NCBI RefSeq assembly: GCF_007748075.1
Contig: NZ_CP036280.1
Location: 2,940,001 to 2,972,000, forward strand
Source of the DNA: Mucisphaera calidilacus
GTDB taxonomy: Bacteria; Planctomycetota; Phycisphaerae; Phycisphaerales; Phycisphaeraceae
Length of the DNA stretch: 32,000 nucleotides
Direction: 5' to 3'
The position numbers and the translations under genes were made by a program. A model generated the notes under the pieces. That model did no database searches and was not told where the DNA came from. It worked only from the letters and a program-made list of their open reading frames with translations. Below are positions 17,055 to 25,887 of the stretch, one piece after another; the stretch's first letter is position 1, and the number at the start of each line of letters is the position of its first letter.

Positions 17055-17999
17055 TCAGCGGACGCCGTCGTTGGCTTTGCCGTCGATGGTCCATCGGTTC
17101 TGGTCGTGAAAACGTGCGTCGGTGAGGTAGCCGTCGTATTCGCCGGGCTCGAGGCCTGACCCGCCGTTGCGGCCTGAGGAGGTTCCGCCGCCGCCGTAGA
17201 TGTCGGTCTGGTTGCTGCTGTCGGGGTTGGCGAGTTGGAAGCTGGCTGCGTGTCCGTCGGCGTAGACGATGGGCATCGCCCCCCTGTTGCGAGCGTCGGG
17301 TCGGCCATGGATGGCGCCGGCGGCGTAGTCCCAGACGAAGAGGCAGCCACGAACATAGGTGGAGACGTTGTTGCTGCCGCCTGGGCGACCGGAGCTGTTG
17401 GAGCCGACGGTGTCGGTTTCAATGGCTGTGGTGAAGTAGATCATCTCGGAGGGCCGTGCGACCTGTGAAGCCTTGGGCGTGGGCGGGTCGCCGTCTGCGG
17501 GGTCGTAGACGGCGCGGTTGAAGCCGGAGCTTCTCTGGATGGTGCCGATGTTGGAGGTGTTCATGGAGAAGTGCGGGTAGACCCAGTTGAGTGCCTGCTC
17601 CTTCTCGAGTGTGCCGTACTCGGCTTCGATGATGGGGTAGTCCTGATCGATTTCTTCGAAGAGGGGGTCGGTGAAGACTTCGGGTGTGGGGGCGTAGCCT
17701 TGGCGTGCGAGGTTGGCGGTCCACCAGACGCTTTCGGGGTCGAAAGCATTGACGATTCGCCAGCCGCCGAAGTTTTTCGACTGATAGGGGACGTAGTAGT
17801 CGTCGTTGTCGACACAGTAGGACCAGACTGCCTGACCGGACGATCGAGCGTTGACCATAGAAGCCAGAGCGCGAGCGGTGTTGCGTGCGGCTCCGAGTGC
17901 GGGCAGGAGGATGCCGATGAGCAGCGCGATGATGGAGATGACGACAAGGAGTTCGATGAGGGTGAACCCTCGTGTGTGTCGTTTGGTGGCGGAATTCAT
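17055..17999 (-). CDS. Prepilin-type N-terminal cleavage/methylation domain protein (pseudopilin-like, DUF1559/H-X9-DG-type)
   Basis: Trimmed to ATG 17999 (cat at 17997-17999). MNSATKRHTRGFTLIELLVVISIIALLIGILLPAL is the class signature. The C-terminal IVYADGHAASF resembles the DGH block of this PVC-expanded family. Confidence 0.85.
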   Translation of the reverse strand: MNSATKRHTRGFTLIELLVVISIIALLIGILLPALGAARNTARALASMVNARSSGQAVWSYCVDNDDYYVPYQSKNFGGWRIVNAFDPESVWWTANLARQGYAPTPEVFTDPLFEEIDQDYPIIEAEYGTLEKEQALNWVYPHFSMNTSNIGTIQRSSGFNRAVYDPADGDPPTPKASQVARPSEMIYFTTAIETDTVGSNSSGRPGGSNNVSTYVRGCLFVWDYAAGAIHGRPDARNRGAMPIVYADGHAASFQLANPDSSNQTDIYGGGGTSSGRNGGSGLEPGEYDGYLTDARFHDQNRWTIDGKANDGVR

Positions 18000-18373
18000 G
18001 GGTATCAACCTTTCGCGCGGTCGCTTTGACCGGGGTGAGCTGTGTCGAGATCTTCCACGTTCAGAGGGCAAGCCTACTCATAGGATAACGTAGAAGTTCT
18101 GCAAGACAAGCCAATATTTAGGCTGTTCAATAATGGAACTGCATAAATATTAGGCACTTGTGTTGATGCGCAAGTGAAGCCCACCCACACGTTGTGGATG
18201 GGCTCCGGGGAGGGAGAGGACGGGGTAGGGGCATGGCGTGGGCGTAGTGAAATTGCCCATTTCGCCATGTCGGTCGTGGATACGCGGGTGGTTTGACGAT
18301 CCTGCGCCGATCCCCCGGATTTACATGTTTTTTTGTGCATCGCCACAACTGGTTGTGGTTGCGGGGGATGTGG

Positions 18374-19156
18374 TCAGGGTCGTGGGTGGAAGGAGGAAAT
18401 GACGTCTTTGAGTCGGGAGCGGTCGACGTGGGTATAGACCTGGGTGGTGTTGATGTTGGCGTGGCCGAGGAGTTCCTGAACGACGCGGAGGTCGGCACCG
18501 CCTGCGAGGAGGTGTGTGGCGAAGGCGTGCCTGAGGACGTGGGGGTGGATCTTGCGGATGCCGGCGCGGGCGGCGTGGCGTTTGACGATCTGCCAGACGA
18601 CGATGCGGGTGATCGGCTGGCCGGTTCGGGATAAGAAGAGTCTCTGGCTGGGTTTATCGTGTCGGGCGAGTTCGGGTCGGTCGTGTTCGATGTAGGCCTC
18701 GACGTGGTCGAGCGCCGTGCGTGCGATGGGGACGATGCGTTCCTTGGAGCCTTTGCCGAGGACGCGGACGACGCCGAGGTCGCGTTGGAGGTCGTTGAGG
18801 TTGATGTTGGCGAGTTCGGAGGCTCGGAGACCGCAGGCGTAGAGCAGTTCGAGCAGGGCGCGGTCGCGTCGGCCGAGGGGCTCGTCGGGGTGGGGGGTGC
18901 TCAGGAGCTGGTTGACGACCTCGTAGGAGGGTGCGTGGGGCAGTTTCCGGCCGATTTTGGGCTGGATGAGCATCTCGGCGGGGTCGGCCTCGAAGAGCCC
19001 GGTGGAGAGCAGGTAGCGGGCGAAGACGCGGATGGTGGCGAGGTGGCGTGCGACGCTGACGGCGGCGAGTTCCTGCTTGGTGGATAAGTCCTGCAGGTGA
19101 GCACGGATACGGGCGTCGGAGAGTTCGGCCCAGGACCTGGCCTCGTCTTTGACCAT
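18374..19156 (-). CDS. XerC/XerD-family tyrosine recombinase; coordinates are the ATG-bounded ORF, and the true N-terminus lies further upstream (at least to 19264; see findings)
   Basis: Catalytic blocks GLRASELANINLNDL, HPHVLRHAFATHLLAGGADLRVVQELLGHANINTTQVYTHV. The same frame upstream of 19156 reads FDAPVRGFLAYCKVECGFAHATIAAYAADLRDLWVW, a typical Xer N-terminal SAM-like domain. Confidence 0.85.
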   Translation of the reverse strand: MVKDEARSWAELSDARIRAHLQDLSTKQELAAVSVARHLATIRVFARYLLSTGLFEADPAEMLIQPKIGRKLPHAPSYEVVNQLLSTPHPDEPLGRRDRALLELLYACGLRASELANINLNDLQRDLGVVRVLGKGSKERIVPIARTALDHVEAYIEHDRPELARHDKPSQRLFLSRTGQPITRIVVWQIVKRHAARAGIRKIHPHVLRHAFATHLLAGGADLRVVQELLGHANINTTQVYTHVDRSRLKDVISSFHPRP

Positions 19157-19446
19157 CCAGACCCAGAGGTCGCGGAGGTCGGCGGCGTAGGCGGCGATGG
19201 TGGCGTGTGCGAAGCCGCACTCGACCTTGCAGTAGGCGAGGAAGCCGCGGACGGGCGCGTCGAAGGCGGAGGTCGACTTGGCGGGGGTAGCCTGGTTGGT
19301 TGCGGGCGTAACGATGGCGGGTTGCTCCAGACGTTCAACCGGTGGTTTGGGGGCCGGTGCGGGGTTCCTCCGTGTGAATATCGGGTGATTGCCCCATGGG
19401 GCATCGGATTTCGGGCCGTGGCGTCGGGGGTGAGGCCGGGGTGGGG

Positions 19447-19474
19447 TTGATGGATGATGATGTCGATCTACAAT
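19447..19474 (+). promoter_or_regulatory. Sigma-70-like promoter for the CAT-anticodon tRNA
   Basis: TTGATG (19447-19452), 16-nt spacer, TACAAT (19469-19474). It sits 30 nt before the mature tRNA 5' end. The leader contains a perfect 7-bp hairpin, ctcgccc/gggcgag, at 19481-19500. Confidence 0.5.
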
Positions 19475-19504
19475 GCGGAGCTCGCCCGTGGATGGGCGAG
19501 GATT

Positions 19505-19578
19505 GCCGGCATAGCTCAGCTGGTTAGAGCGAGGGATTCATAAGCCCTAGGTCGCTGGTTCGAATCCAGCTGCCGGCA
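19505..19578 (+). tRNA. tRNA with CAT anticodon (elongator Met or lysidine-type Ile2; not an initiator)
   Basis: The 74-nt cloverleaf was folded by hand: acceptor GCCGGCA/TGCCGGC (1-72 is a G-C pair), D stem GCTC/GAGC, anticodon loop TTCATAA, T arm GCTGG-TTCGAAT-CCAGC, discriminator A, no encoded CCA. There is one A.G mismatch at the loop-proximal anticodon-stem pair. Confidence 0.85.
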
Positions 19579-19611
19579 TTTGGCGGGGTGGGAGGGGTTC
19601 GGGCGGGCGGC

Positions 19612-19640
19612 GTGCAATTTTTGCACTTGATTTCTTGTTT
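19612..19640 (+). terminator. Weak hairpin plus T-rich tract downstream of the tRNA
   Basis: gtgcaa-ttt-ttgcac (19612-19626) followed by ttgatttcttgttttg. Confidence 0.35.
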
Positions 19641-19665
19641 TGTGCGGTTATGCTGGGGGGGGAGT

Positions 19666-19896
19666 ATGACGGCCGATCAGTTACGCAGCTGTATCCGCAG
19701 ACGCCCTTTTCAGTCGTTTCTCATCCGGATGGCGGACGGGCGCAGTTTTGTGGTGCCACACCGCGAGTATCTCTCGTTTTCACCTAGCGGCCGGACGGTG
19801 GTGGTGCATCACACAACGGATGACATGCATTCAACCCTCGATCTGTTGTTGATGACTGAGATTCAGACCATGGGGCGACAAGGCGAGGTGGCGTGA
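19666..19896 (+). CDS. 76-aa hypothetical protein in a lower-GC patch
   Basis: Track ORF 19588..19896 trimmed to ATG 19666, which is preceded by gggggggag. The sequence has ordinary composition (MTADQLRSCIRRRPFQSFLIRMADGRSFVVPHREYLSF...). Two 60-nt lines here count about 48-58% GC. Confidence 0.5.
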   Translation: MTADQLRSCIRRRPFQSFLIRMADGRSFVVPHREYLSFSPSGRTVVVHHTTDDMHSTLDLLLMTEIQTMGRQGEVA

Positions 19897-19923
19897 TTCC
19901 CCGTGTCGAGTCCGGATGCCGTA

Positions 19924-20214
19924 TCAGCTGAGTTTCTGGATGGCGGTGGCGAGGGCGGTGTCTTTGTCGGTGATGCGGTCGTCGGCGTCGTGGGTTGAGA
20001 GCTGGATGCGGACGGTTGCGTAGACGTTGTAGATCTCGGGGTGGTGGCCTTGCTGCTCGGCGGCGTCGGCGACGCGGGTGAGGAAGGCGAAGGCCTGTTT
20101 GAAGTCGGCGAAGCGCCAGGTGCGGGTGAGTTTGTTGTCGTCGATGGACCAGCCGGGGAGTTGTTTGAGGGCGTCTTCGAGTTGCGGGGGCGTGAGGACC
20201 TCGGTCATCGTCAT
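19924..20214 (-). CDS. phhB: Pterin-4-alpha-carbinolamine dehydratase
   Basis: ATG at 20214 with AGGAG upstream. LPGWSIDDNKLTRTWRFADFKQAFAFLTRVADAAEQQGHHPEIYNVY is the PCD/DCoH signature, including the HHPE motif. Confidence 0.9.
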   Translation of the reverse strand: MTMTEVLTPPQLEDALKQLPGWSIDDNKLTRTWRFADFKQAFAFLTRVADAAEQQGHHPEIYNVYATVRIQLSTHDADDRITDKDTALATAIQKLS

Positions 20215-20289
20215 GGCTCCTGGGTTGGGGTATGGTGCTCACTGAATCGTAGACCGTCTGGTTTCGATGCGTCCGTTGAGGAGCTGATC

Positions 20290-21540
20290 ATGCGTATCCG
20301 GTTGATGATGGGGCTGTTTGCTTTGTTGGGTGTTCTGTTGGCGTGGGGCGATGCGGCGCTAGCGCAGGAGGGCGTGCGTGAGGAGGTGCGTGCGTTGTGG
20401 GTGACGCGTTGGGACTACACGACGGAGCCGGAGGTGCGTCGGATCATCCGGAACGCCGAGATGATGGGCTTCAACGTGGTGTTGTTTCAGGTGCGTGGGA
20501 ACGGGACGGTGTTTTATCCCTCGGCGATCGAGGCGTGGGCGTGGGAGCTGACGAGCAAGGGGCCGGCGACGACGGGCAAGGACCCGGGCTGGGATCCGCT
20601 GGCGGTGGCGATCGAGGAGGCGCACGAGCGGGGGATGGAGCTGCACGCGTACGTCAATATTTTCCCGGCGTGGCGGAGTCAGCGGTATGCGCCGCCGATG
20701 AGTCGGCAGCTGATGTCGACGCGGCCGGAGTGGCTGATGCACGACGCGGCGGGGGATCGGATGGTGCCTCGGGACAAGGCGAAGAACCCGCGTGTGAATG
20801 ACTGGTACGCGTTCTTGAGCCCGGGTGTGCCGGAGGTGCAGCAGTACCTGGCGGCGCTGATGGGCGAGTTGGCGGCGAACTACGAGCTTGACGGGATTCA
20901 CTACGACTACATCCGTTACCCGCACGAGATCACGGAGGTGCGTGAGGGGTTCGCGGAGCGTGCGAAGCTGATGGGCAACTGGTCGTACGACCCGGTGAGT
21001 CTGCGTCGGTTTGCGGAGGCGACGGGCTTGCGTCGTCCTGACGACAACCCGAGGGCGTGGGCGGCGTGGCGGACGCGTCAGGTGACGGAGACGACGCGTC
21101 TGATGGCGGCGGCGATCCGTGAGCATCGGCCTGACTGCGTGCTGACGGCGGCGGTGGGTGCGGATCCGGCGCGGGCGCGGGCGTTGAAGTATCAGGACTA
21201 CGTCGGCTGGATGCGTGAGGGGATTCTGGATGCCGCGTTCACGATGAACTACACGGGGAAGGCGGCGACGTTCGCGGAGCGTGTGGAGTTGCTCGCGGCG
21301 GAGCGGATGGCGCAGGGCCGGGGCGTGATCGTGACGGGCGTGGGGCTGAATCACGACGCGAAGGTGCTGTCGGATCAGGTCGAGGTGGTTCGTGCCAACG
21401 GGTACGAGGGGTGGGCCGGGTTTGCGTATTCGCACCTGTTCGATCGGAACGACGGGCACAAGGCGAAGGAGCAGGCGATGCGGCTGCGTCGGACGGCGCT
21501 GTTTGAGGGGGAGGCGAGGGTGCCTTGGGGTAGGGATTAG
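20290..21540 (+). CDS. Glycosyl hydrolase-like family 10 (GHL10/DUF187) secreted protein
   Basis: Track ORF 20041..21540 trimmed to ATG 20290, giving the signal peptide MRIRLMMGLFALLGVLLAWGDAALA. ALWVTRWDY, GFNVVLFQVRGNGTVFYPS and IEEAHERGMELHAYVN fit the GHL10 TIM-barrel pattern. Confidence 0.7.
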   Translation: MRIRLMMGLFALLGVLLAWGDAALAQEGVREEVRALWVTRWDYTTEPEVRRIIRNAEMMGFNVVLFQVRGNGTVFYPSAIEAWAWELTSKGPATTGKDPGWDPLAVAIEEAHERGMELHAYVNIFPAWRSQRYAPPMSRQLMSTRPEWLMHDAAGDRMVPRDKAKNPRVNDWYAFLSPGVPEVQQYLAALMGELAANYELDGIHYDYIRYPHEITEVREGFAERAKLMGNWSYDPVSLRRFAEATGLRRPDDNPRAWAAWRTRQVTETTRLMAAAIREHRPDCVLTAAVGADPARARALKYQDYVGWMREGILDAAFTMNYTGKAATFAERVELLAAERMAQGRGVIVTGVGLNHDAKVLSDQVEVVRANGYEGWAGFAYSHLFDRNDGHKAKEQAMRLRRTALFEGEARVPWGRD

Positions 21541-22355
21541 TCCCAGTCGGCGGTGGCGTCGCCGACGCCATTGGCGAGGAATCCGCCGTCGACGGTGATG
21601 GTTTGCCCGTTGACGAAGGAGGCGGCGGGTGCGGCGAGGTAGACGGCGGCGCCGGCGATCTCGTCGGCGGTGCCGAATCGTGCCATGGGTGTGTTCTCGA
21701 TGATGCGTCGTCCGCGGTCGGTGCCGACGATGGCCTTGCGGTTGATGTCGGTGGGGATGAAGCCGGGAGCGATGGCGTTGGTCCGGATGCCGAAGCGTGC
21801 CCACTCGGTGGCGAGGTTTCGTGTGAGCCCGAGGAGTGCGGACTTGGCGGAGGCGTAGGCGGTGACCTCGGTGAGTGCCATGAAGCTGGAGATGGAGGCG
21901 ATGTTGATGATGCAGCCGTCGTGCTGTTCGCGGAAGATGTGGCCGGCGGCCTGGGCGAGGCGGAGGGCCCCGGTGACGTGGGTGTCGTAGAGGTCGGCCA
22001 TGGTCTCGGTCGTGAGGTCGAAGGTGGGGAGTTTGGCGAAGTTGCCGGCGGCGTGGACGGCGATGTGGACGCCGCCGAGGACGTCGACGGTCTTGCGGAC
22101 GGCTCTTTGAACGGACTCGGTTTTGGTGACATCGAGGGTGACGCCTGCGACGTTGGGTTCGTCGGAGTCGGCGAGGGCGAGGGCGTCGAGTTCCTGGACG
22201 GTCTGTTCGATGACGTCGAGTCGTCGTCCGCCGATCATGACGCGGGCGCCGTGCTGGAGGAAGGCTGCGGCGATGGCCTTGCCGATGCCGGTGCCGCCTC
22301 CGGAGACGAGTGCGACTTTGTCGGTGAGGTCGAAGAGGGACGTGGTGACGGGCAT
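21537..22355 (-). CDS. Short-chain dehydrogenase/reductase (FabG-like)
   Basis: KVALVSGGGTGIGKAIA cofactor motif, the YASAKSAL catalytic Y-x3-K, and PGFIPT. It overlaps the convergent GHL10 gene by 4 nt. Confidence 0.85.
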   Translation of the reverse strand: MPVTTSLFDLTDKVALVSGGGTGIGKAIAAAFLQHGARVMIGGRRLDVIEQTVQELDALALADSDEPNVAGVTLDVTKTESVQRAVRKTVDVLGGVHIAVHAAGNFAKLPTFDLTTETMADLYDTHVTGALRLAQAAGHIFREQHDGCIINIASISSFMALTEVTAYASAKSALLGLTRNLATEWARFGIRTNAIAPGFIPTDINRKAIVGTDRGRRIIENTPMARFGTADEIAGAAVYLAAPAASFVNGQTITVDGGFLANGVGDATADWD

Positions 22356-22386
22356 GCGAGGCTCCTAACGCATGCAGGATAACGCT

Positions 22387-23385
22387 TTAGCCGCCGTGGC
22401 TGTTGGAGGTGGGTCTTCGGAAGGCGGCGAGGTCGACGCCTGCGAAGTACTCGATGGTTTTTGCGAGGCCTTCGCGGAGCTGGATGGCGGGTTGCCAGCC
22501 GAGTTTTTCGCGGGCGAGGGTGATGTCGGGCTGCCGCTGGGTGGGGTCGTCGGCGGGGAGTGGGAGGAAGGTGATCTGCGACTTCGAGTTGGTGAGTTCG
22601 ATGGTGAGTTCGGCGAGTTCTCGGATGGTGAATTCGTAGGGGTTGCCGATGTTGACGGGTCCGATGCAGTCGTCGGGTGCGTCCATCATGGCGAGGAATC
22701 CGTTGATGAGGTCGTCGACGTAGCAGAAGGATCGGGTTTGTGATCCGTTGCCGTAGATGGTGATGTCTTCGCCTCGGAGCGCCTGGATGATGAAGTTGGA
22801 GACGACGCGTCCGTCGTAGGGGTGCATGCGTGGTCCGTAGGTGTTGAAGATGCGGACGACGCGGATGTTGACGCCATTGGATCGGTGGTAGTCGAAGAAG
22901 AGGGTTTCGGCGGCGCGTTTGCCCTCGTCGTAGCAGGCGCGGGGCCCGATGGGGTTGACGTTGCCGCGGTAGGTTTCGGGCTGTGGGTGGATGTCGGGGT
23001 CGCCATAGACCTCGGAGGTGGAGGCCTGGAAGACCTTGGCTTTGCATCGTTTGGCCATGCCCAGGACGTTGATGGCGCCGAGGACGGAGACCTTCATGGT
23101 CTTGATGGGGTTGAACTGGTAGTGGATGGGCGAGGCGGGGCAGGCGAGGTTGTAGATCTCGTCGACCTCGAGCCAGAGGGGGTGGGTGACGTCGTGTCGG
23201 ATAAGCTCGAAGTTCTGGTGGTTGAGCAGGTGGGTGACGTTGGACTTCTGGCTGGTGAAGAAGTTGTCGAGGCAGATGACGTCGTGCCCCGCTTCGACGA
23301 GTCGTTCGCAGAGGTGTGAGCCGAGGAAGCCGGCGCCGCCGGTGACGAGGATGCGTTTGAGGGGCTCGCGATCGGGGAGGTTCAT
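22387..23385 (-). CDS. UDP-glucuronate decarboxylase (UDP-xylose synthase)
   Basis: [62 protein letters not shown] and YDEGKRAAE are near-invariant UXS blocks. Confidence 0.9.
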   Translation of the reverse strand: MNLPDREPLKRILVTGGAGFLGSHLCERLVEAGHDVICLDNFFTSQKSNVTHLLNHQNFELIRHDVTHPLWLEVDEIYNLACPASPIHYQFNPIKTMKVSVLGAINVLGMAKRCKAKVFQASTSEVYGDPDIHPQPETYRGNVNPIGPRACYDEGKRAAETLFFDYHRSNGVNIRVVRIFNTYGPRMHPYDGRVVSNFIIQALRGEDITIYGNGSQTRSFCYVDDLINGFLAMMDAPDDCIGPVNIGNPYEFTIRELAELTIELTNSKSQITFLPLPADDPTQRQPDITLAREKLGWQPAIQLREGLAKTIEYFAGVDLAAFRRPTSNSHGG

Positions 23386-23870
23386 GCGTTCTCCGCGGTT
23401 TGCTGTTCGGGTGTGAAGGTGGCGCCGGGCTGGACGTCGAAGCTGACCATCTGTCCGGCGGAGAACCGGGCGGTCTGCTGACGTTGATCGGTGAAGGCGC
23501 AGACGACGGGGACGGCGGCCTTAACGGTGATGGTGTTGGCGGCGGGGTCGCCGGCGATGATGCGTCCCTGGATGCGTCGGGGTCGGCCGTAGACGGGTTC
23601 GATGTAGCGACCGCCTGCGGCGATGACGTCGACGCGTTTGGCGTTGGCGTGGATGGTTCCGGTGACGGTCTTGCCGACCTCGGGTGTTTCGCCACGGATC
23701 ACGAGGCTGAGTCGGTAGTCGGTGCCGGGGATCCTGAGGGTGAGGGTGTCGTCGGTGACCTCTTCGACGACGCCTGCGACGAGGTTGGGGTCGTTCGGGG
23801 AGTTGTGCTGGGCAGCTTGCGTGCTGCCTGGTTGACTGTCCTGCATCTTGTCATGTGCCTTGTCTTGCAT
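23382..23870 (-). CDS. 162-aa hypothetical protein, translationally coupled to the UXS gene
   Basis: ATG at 23870 (cat at 23868-23870). Its stop overlaps the UXS start by 4 nt. Non-biased beta-rich sequence after a polar N-terminus. I recognise no family. Confidence 0.6.
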   Translation of the reverse strand: MQDKAHDKMQDSQPGSTQAAQHNSPNDPNLVAGVVEEVTDDTLTLRIPGTDYRLSLVIRGETPEVGKTVTGTIHANAKRVDVIAAGGRYIEPVYGRPRRIQGRIIAGDPAANTITVKAAVPVVCAFTDQRQQTARFSAGQMVSFDVQPGATFTPEQQTAENA

Positions 23871-24012
23871 CAGAGCGGGCTCCGTGGCCGTCGCGGAAGA
23901 CGGCGGCGAGTCGTTACGATAACTTGGTTCTCGGGGCCTGCCACCCGTGGCGCGGGTGAGGGGGCATCAAGTGTGCCCGAGGTCCTGAGTTGTGTGAACC
24001 TGAGATGTCGCG

Positions 24013-24534
24013 ATGACGACGACCGACGACAAGCAGATCAATCGGCAGTACTGCACGGACCGGATCCGTGTGGACTATGCGCACGTGGGTCTGTTTGACG
24101 CGAAGTCGCGGAATGTCTGGATCGCGAAGAAGCGTTGGGGCGTGGTCCCGGTGCGTGTGTCGCACGCGCGGATGCTCAAGGGGGGGACGCAGGACACGTC
24201 GACGGCGGAGAAGGATCGTTTCATCTGTTACTGGTTCCACACGCCGAACACGGGCGAGGGTCACGTGCACGGGTATCCGATCGAGTGGGAGGAGGGTCAC
24301 CTGCTGATCCGGCTGGACCCGAACTGGAACTTCGTGACGCGGGCGTTCATCCCGAACACGGACACGGCTAAGATCGAGCGGAACATCCGGACGCAGCTGA
24401 ACTGGGGGCAGCGGATTTTTGAGGCGTATGCGGCGCGGAAGCCGAAGTTCCCGCTGAGCTGGCACGCGGTGGGGCCGCGGGCGGCGGACTCGATTTTTTA
24501 CGTGGAGCGTATCGAGCCCGGGGGCGGGGGTTGA
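24013..24534 (+). CDS. 173-aa hypothetical protein
   Basis: ATG at 24013. Ordinary composition, with a His/Glu-rich segment GEGHVHGYPIEWEEGH. Its stop overlaps the TTG start of the DUF501 gene (TTGA). Confidence 0.6.
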   Translation: MTTTDDKQINRQYCTDRIRVDYAHVGLFDAKSRNVWIAKKRWGVVPVRVSHARMLKGGTQDTSTAEKDRFICYWFHTPNTGEGHVHGYPIEWEEGHLLIRLDPNWNFVTRAFIPNTDTAKIERNIRTQLNWGQRIFEAYAARKPKFPLSWHAVGPRAADSIFYVERIEPGGGG

Positions 24535-25073
24535 TCAGCGCGGCGGACCTGGAGCGTGTAGCCGAGCAGCTGGGGCGTCGGCCGAGGGCGGTGCTGCGGG
24601 TGGCGGCCCGGCGGGCGTGTGGCGAGCCGGTGGTGATCGAGACGTATCCGGCGGTGCGGGGGGGTGACGGGGTGCTGCGTCCTTTCCCGACGTTGTTCTG
24701 GTTGACGGATCCTGTGCTGAACGGGGCGATCGGTCGGGCGGAGAGTGCGGGCGGGATCGCGCGGCTGGAGGGGGTGCTGCGGGAGGATGAGGCGCTGGCG
24801 GCGGGTTTGGCGGAGGATCATCGGTGTTATGCGGCGCGGCGGTGGGGGCTGGTGTCGGAGGCGGACCGGGCGGAGCTGGTGGAGCGGGGTTGTGAGGAGG
24901 TGGCGCGGGACTCGGGAATCGGGGGGATTGCGGGCGGTGTGGGTTTGAAGTGTCTGCACCTGCACGGAGCGCATCACCTGGCGGAGTTGGCCGAGGGGAT
25001 GGCGGGGACGACGGTGGGGATGCTGATGGAGCGCGAGTTGGGGGTTGGCTTGAGCGGGATCGTCCGTGTCTGA
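24531..25073 (+). CDS. DUF501-domain protein
   Basis: TTG start at 24531. QLGRRPRAV...GEPVVIETYP...PFPTLFWLTDP...GIGG...LKCLHLHGAHHLA matches the DUF501 pattern. Confidence 0.75.
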   Translation: MISAADLERVAEQLGRRPRAVLRVAARRACGEPVVIETYPAVRGGDGVLRPFPTLFWLTDPVLNGAIGRAESAGGIARLEGVLREDEALAAGLAEDHRCYAARRWGLVSEADRAELVERGCEEVARDSGIGGIAGGVGLKCLHLHGAHHLAELAEGMAGTTVGMLMERELGVGLSGIVRV

Positions 25074-25126
25074 TCTCACGCCGGGGTGGTGGGGGCGGGG
25101 GCTGGTTGAGCGGGGAGCGAGACGGG

Positions 25127-25861
25127 TTATGGGTTCAGGAGCCAGCGCATGGTCTCGGTTTCGGTGGCGAGGAGTTCGCGGGCGTAGGCGGCGAGGAGTC
25201 GGTTGGCGCGTTGTGTGGATTCGGGGGGTGCGGTGTCGACGGGTTCGCCTCGGTCGAGGTCCTGGAGGAGGGTGACGGTCTGGGCGCGGACGCGCCAGCG
25301 GTCGTCGTGGTTGTTGTGGGTGAGACCGCCGGCGTGGGGGTCGAAGGAGCAGGCGCGTTTGGGGAGGGGCTGGTTGGTGTGGACGTCGCTGTCGACGCGG
25401 GGCCGGTAGCCGGCCTCGGTGAGGAGGGACCACTGGTAGTTGAGGAGTGCGGTCTGGGTCGTGTCGGCGTTGCGGAGGTGGTCGATGAGGGTGAGGAGGG
25501 CGCCGAAGAGGTCGGCGTGGGGGTCGTGGTCTTCGATGAATCGTGTGGTGAGGTCGGCGGCGTAGAGTGCGGCGCGTTGTGCGGGGAGGGAGTGTCGGAG
25601 GTGGAGGCAGTCGTCCTGGAGGTCCCATTCGGTGATGGTGGCGAGCTCGGTGGTGGGGCGTGTGACGCCCAGGATTTGACCGACGGTGAGCAGTTCGATG
25701 CCGCCTGAGAATCGGGCGACGGAGCTGGGGGTCATGCGTTTGGAGCCCTTGGCGAGCCCTCGGACCTTGCCGTGGTCGCGCGTGAGGAGGGTGACGAGCT
25801 GGCTGGTTTCGGACCAGTCGGCGGAGCGCAGGACGACGGCCTGTTCCTTGAAGCGTGGCAC
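25127..25861 (-). CDS. recO: DNA repair protein RecO
   Basis: N-terminal OB-fold signature FKEQAVVLRSADWSETSQLVTLLTRDHGKVRGLAKGSKR. Size is typical for RecO. Confidence 0.85.
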   Translation of the reverse strand: MPRFKEQAVVLRSADWSETSQLVTLLTRDHGKVRGLAKGSKRMTPSSVARFSGGIELLTVGQILGVTRPTTELATITEWDLQDDCLHLRHSLPAQRAALYAADLTTRFIEDHDPHADLFGALLTLIDHLRNADTTQTALLNYQWSLLTEAGYRPRVDSDVHTNQPLPKRACSFDPHAGGLTHNNHDDRWRVRAQTVTLLQDLDRGEPVDTAPPESTQRANRLLAAYARELLATETETMRWLLNP

Positions 25862-25887
25862 GGGGGGAGTTTAGATGGCCGCGTGGA

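Noticed and set aside
18074-18346. 90-aa minus-strand ORF in the spacer upstream of the prepilin-like gene
   Set aside because: It lies in lower-GC, motif-rich intergenic DNA without the GC3 bias seen in real genes here, and the sequence is unremarkable. It is more likely non-coding.
18374-19578. The Xer-type recombinase plus the adjacent CAT-anticodon tRNA read as an island integrase/att pair
   Set aside because: The recombinase lies on the 5' side of the tRNA and is divergently oriented. Its catalytic region looks like housekeeping XerC/XerD, and its composition matches the backbone. The small lower-GC patch is on the other (3') side of the tRNA.
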